Source: Eledone cirrhosa (taxonomy: Eukaryota). Taken from it: 64,000 bases of DNA. Of this stretch, positions 60,181 through 64,000 are shown piece by piece; the stretch's first letter is position 1; each line of letters starts with the position of its first letter. The stretch is from NCBI GenBank assembly GCA_964016885.1, contig OZ024745.1:5828001-5892000 (forward strand), given 5' to 3'. The translations under genes were made by a program, and so were the position numbers. The notes under the pieces are model-generated. The model was not told where the DNA came from. It saw nothing but the letters and a program-made list of their open reading frames with translations, and did not search any database.

Positions 60181-63100
60181 TGGGTGGTCTAGTGTCGTGG
60201 GTTTGTTCCTGGTTTGAGGTGGTGGGTGGTCTAGTGTCGTGGGTTTATCCTGGTTTGAGGTGGTGGGTGGTCTAGTGTCGTGGGTTTGTTCCTGGTTTGA
60301 GGTAGTGGGTGGTCTAGTGTCGTGGGTTTGATTCCTGTTTTGAGGTGGTGGATGGTCTAGTGTCGTGGGTTTGATTCCTGGGTTGGGCTGGTGGGTGGTC
60401 TAGTGTCGTGGGTTTGATTCCTTGGTTGGGGTGGTGGGTGGTCTAGTGTCGTGGGTTTGTTCCTGGTTTGAGGTGGTGGATGGTCTAGTGTCGTGGGTTT
60501 GATTCCTGGGTTGGGGTGGTGGGTGGTCTAGTGTCGTGGGGTTGATTCCTGGGTTGGGGTGGTGGGTGGTCTAGTGTCGTGGGTTTGATTCCTGGTTTGA
60601 GGTGGTGGGTGGTCTATTGTCGTGGGTTTGATTCCTGGTTTGAGGTGGTGGATGGTCTAGTGTCGTGGGTTTGTTCCTGGTTTGAGGTGGTGGATGGTCT
60701 AGTGTCGTGGGTTGGTTCCTGGTTTGAGGTGGTGGATGGTCTAGTGTCGTGGGTTTGTTCCTGGTTTGAGGTGGTGGATGGTCTAGTGTCGTGGGTTTGT
60801 TCCTGGTTTGAGGTGGTGGGTGGTCTAGTGTCGTGGGTTTGTTCCTGGTTTGAGGTGGTGGATAGTCTAGTGTCGTGGGTTTGTTCCTGGTTTGAGGTGG
60901 TGGATGGTCTAGTGTCGTGGGTTTGTTCCAGGGTTTGAGGTGGTGGGTGGTCTAGTGTCGTGGGTTTGTTCCTGGTTTGAGGTGGTGGGTGGTCTAGTGT
61001 CGTGGGTTTGTTCCTGGTTTGAGCTGGTGGATGGTCTAGTGTCGTGGTTTTGTTCCTGGTTTGAGGTGGTGGATGGTCTAGTGTCGTGGGTTTGTTCCTG
61101 GTTTGAGGTGGTGGATGGTCTAGTGTCGTGGGTTTGTTCCTGGTTTGAGGTGGTGGATGGTCTAGTGTCGTGGGTTTGTTCCTGGTTTGAGGTGGTGGGT
61201 GGTCTAGTGTCGTGGGTTTTTTCCTGGTTTGAGGTGGTGGGTGGTCTAGTGTCGTGGGTTTGATTCCTGGTTTGAGGTGGTGGATGGTCTAGTGTCGTGG
61301 GTTTGATTCCTGGGTTGGGGTGGTGGGTGGTCTAGTGTCGTGGGTTTGATTCCTGGGTTGGGGTGGTGGGTGGTCTAGTCTCGTGGGTTTGTTCCTGGTT
61401 TGAGGTGGTGGATGGTCTAGTGTCGTGGGTTTGATTCCTGGGTTGGGGTGGTGGGTGGTCTAGTGTCGTGGGTTTGATTCCTGGGTTGGGGTGGTGGGTG
61501 GTCTAGTGTCGTGGGTTTGATTCCTGGGTTGGGGTGGTGGGTGGTCTAGTCTCGTGGGTTTGTTCCTGGTTTGAGGTGGTGGATGGTCTAGTGTCGTGGG
61601 TTTGATTCCTGGGTTGGGGTGGTGGGTGGTCTAGTGTCGTGGGGTTGATTCCTGGGTTGGGGTGGTGGGTGGTCTAGTGTCTTGGGTTTGATTCCTGGTT
61701 TGAGGTGGTGGGTGGTCTATTATCGTGGGTTTGATTCCTGGTTTGAGGTGGTGGATGGTCTAGTGTCGTGGGTTTGTTCCTGGTTTGAGGTGGTGGATGG
61801 TCTAGTGTCGTGGGTTTGTTCCTGGTTTGAGGTGGTGGATGGTCTAGTGTCGTGGGTTTGTTCCTGGTTTGAGGTGGTGGATGGTCTAGTGTCGTGGGTT
61901 TGTTCCAGGGTTTGAGGTGGTGGGTGGTCTAGTGTCGTGGGTTTGTTCCTGGTTTGAGGTGGTGGATGGTCTAGTGTCGTGGGTTTGTTCCAGGGTTTGA
62001 GGTGGTGGGTGGTCTAGTGTTGTGGGTTTGTTCCTGGTTTGATGTGGTGGGTGGTCTAGTGTCGTGGGTTTGTTCCTGGTTTGAGCTGGTGGATGGTCTA
62101 GTGTCGTGGGTTTGTTCCTGGTTTGAGGTGGTGGATGGTCTAGTGTCGTGGGTTTGTTCCTGGTTTGAGGTGGTGGATGGTCTAGTGTCGTGGGTTTGTT
62201 CCTGGTTTGAGGTGGTGGATGGTCTAGTGTCGTGGGTTTGTTCCTGGTTTGAGGTGGTGGGTGGTCTAGTGTCGTGGGTTTTTTCCTGGTTTGAGGTGGT
62301 GGGTGGTCTAGTGTCATGGGTTTGATTCCTGGTTTGAGGTGGTGGATGGTCTAGTGTCGTGGGTTTGATTCCTGGGTTGGGGTGGTGGGTGGTCTAGTGT
62401 CGTGGGTTTGATTCCTGGGTTGGGTAGTGGATGGTCTAGTGTCGTGGGTTTGTTCCTGGTTTGAGGTGGTGGATAGTCTAGTGTCGTGGGTTTGTTCCTG
62501 GTTTGAGGTGGTGGATGGTCTAGTGTCGTGGGTTTGTTCCTGGGTTTGAGGTGGTGGGTGGTCTAGTGTCGTGGGTTTGTTCCTGGTTTGAGGTGGTGGG
62601 TGGTCTAGTGTCGTGGGTTTTTTCCTGGTTTGAGGTGGTGGGTGGTCTAGTGTCGTGGGTTTGTTCCTGGTTTGAGGTGGTGGGTGGTCTAGTGTCGTGG
62701 GTTTGATTCCTGTTTTGAGGTGGTGGATGGTCTAGTGTCGTGGGTTTGATTCCTGGGTTGGGGTGCTGGGTGGTCTAGTGTCGTGGGTTTGATTCCTGCG
62801 TTGGGGTGGTGGGTTGTCTAGTGTCGTGGGTTTGTTCCTGGTTTGAGGTGGTGGGTGGTCTAGTGTCGTGGGTTTGATTCCTGGGTTGGGGTGGTGGCTG
62901 GTCTAATGTCGTGGGGTTGATTCCTGGTTTGAGGTGGTGGGTGGTCTAGTGTCGTGGGTTTGATTCCTGGGTTGGTGTGGTGGGTGGTCTAGTGTCGTGG
63001 GTTTGATTCCTGGTTTGATGTGGTGGATGGTCTAGTGTCGTGGGTTTGATACCTGGGTTGGGGTGGTGGGTGGTCTAGTGTCGTGGGTTTGATTATGGGT

Positions 63101-64000
63101 TGGGGTGGTGGTTGGTCTAGTTTCGTGGGATTGATTCTTGGGTTGGGGTGGTGGGTGGTCTAGTGTCGTGGGGTTGATTCCTGGTTTGAGGTGGTGGGTG
63201 GTCTAGTATCGTTGGTTTGATTATGGGTTGCGGTGGTGGGTGGTCTAGTGTCGTGGGTTTGATTCCTGGTTTGAGGTGGTGGGTGGTCTCGTGTCTTGGG
63301 TTTGATTCCTGGGTTGAGGTTGTGGGTGGTCTAGTGTCGTGGGTTTGATTATGGGTTAGGGTGGTGGGTGGTCTAGTGTCGTGGGTTTGATTCCTGGTTT
63401 GAAGTGACGGGTGGTCTAGTGTCGTGGGTTTGTTCCTGGTTTGAGGTGGTGGGTGGTCTAGTGTCGTGGGTTTGTTCCTGGGTTTGAGGTGGTGGGTGGT
63501 CTAGTGTCGTGGGTTTGTTCCTGGTTTGAGGTGGTGGGTGGTCTAGTGTCGTGGGTTTTTTCCTGGTTTGAGGTGGTGGGTGGTCTAGTGTCGTGGGTTT
63601 GTTCCTGGTTTGAGGTGGTGGGTGGTCTAGTTTCGTGGGTTTGATTCCTGTTTTGAGGTGGTGGATGGTCTAGTGTCGTGGGTTTGATTCCTGGGTTGGG
63701 GTGCTGGGTGGTCTAGTGTCGTGGGTTTGATTCCTGGGTTGGGGTGGTGGCTGGTCTAGTGTCGTGGGTTTGTTCCTGGTTTGAGGTGGTGGGTGGTCTA
63801 GTGTCGTGGGTTTGATTCCTGGGTTGGGGTGGTGGCTGGTCTAATGTCGTGGGGTTGATTCCTGGTTTGAGGTGGTGGATGGTCTAGTGTCGCGGGTTTG
63901 ATTCCTGGTTTGAGGTGGTGGATGGTCAAGTGTCGTGGGTTTGTTCCTGGTTTGAGGTGGTGGATGGTCTAGTGTCGTGGGTTTGTTCCTGGTTTGAGGT
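53560..64000 (+). repeat. Recent tandem duplication, unit 6615 bp; second copy runs off the window end
   Basis: ORF pairs 53964/60579, 54325/60940, 55067/61682 and 55387/62002 are all offset by 6615. Private variants: TTGGGCTGG, GGTTGGTTCC, CCTGCGTTGG (~56180/62795) and GGGTTGCGG (~56610/63225). Confidence 0.93.

Larger units (their letters stand above)
1..64000 (+). repeat. Tandem satellite DNA array, 42/43-bp monomer, ~1,500 copies, extending beyond both window edges
   Basis: The core GTCTAGTGTCGTGGG recurs every 42-43 bp from position 18 to the window end. No non-repeat insertion or inversion was seen. The 42-mer consensus has G18 T17 C4 A3; the G-rich 43-mer has G21 T16 C4 A2. Copy number is estimated as 64000/~42.4. 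Confidence 0.99.

Noticed and set aside
18360-62317. Minus-strand mucin-like ORFs (NQEQTHDTRPSTTS, NKPTTLDHPPPQTR), considered as a giant VNTR exon
   Set aside because: Abundant 43-, 41- and 50-bp monomers shift frame every few repeats into a frame containing TAG. There is no sign of frame preservation, and the ATGs are sporadic point variants.
370-62325. Plus-strand Trp/Val-rich ORFs with the repeat VSWVCSWFEVVDGL
   Set aside because: They are a consequence of the 42-bp period. They use GTG/TTG starts, end wherever a 43-mer adds TGA or shifts frame, and have no unique domain or plausible composition.
1-64000. CRISPR array
   Set aside because: There are no unique spacers; the sequence between conserved cores is itself near-identical. 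No leader or cas genes are present.
1-64000. Telomerase-synthesised telomere tract (TTGGGG, TTAGGG, or long yeast-type repeats with a GGATGTCTA-like motif)
   Set aside because: Telomere-like hexamers are never tandem, and the resemblance to Candida-type repeats is only a few bases. The unit is longer than known templates, and variants are inherited in kb-scale blocks, which points to recombination rather than templated synthesis.
1-64000. Pure sequencing or assembly artefact, or a synthetic concatemer
   Set aside because: Ordered, hierarchically shared variants and nested duplications indicate real evolution. The youngest near-identical duplications still need read validation.

Overview
The whole 64-kb window is one uninterrupted head-to-tail satellite array of about 1,500 monomers of 42-43 bp, all in one orientation, with no unique sequence and no credible gene. 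There are two main monomer types: the 42-mer GTCTAGTGTCGTGGGTTTGTTCCTGGTTTGAGGTGGTGG(A/G)TG and the 43-mer GTCTAGTGTCGTGGGTTTGATTCCTGG(G/T)TTG(G/A)GGTGGTGGGTG. The + strand is 83-86% G+T. All ORFs in the track are explained by the 42-bp (14-codon) period. Variant monomers show layered organisation: an ordered ~1-kb higher-order unit, two diverged marker cassettes that dominate different parts of the array, and nested duplications of about 2.0, 2.4, 2.55, 2.56, 6.6, 9.4, 19.4 and 28-29 kb. The most notable signal is that the monomer looks like a collapsed tRNA or tRNA-derived SINE head. It carries an A-box-like GGTGGTCTAGTG joined by 4 nt to a B-box/T-arm-like GGGTTTGATTCCTGG, which differs from GGGTTCGATTCCCGG only by CpG>TpG changes, and rare copies still carry the CpG. 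The source is most likely eukaryotic heterochromatin (subtelomeric or pericentromeric), but organism and function cannot be determined from this window. Internal boundaries were read by eye and are approximate to 1-3 monomers.
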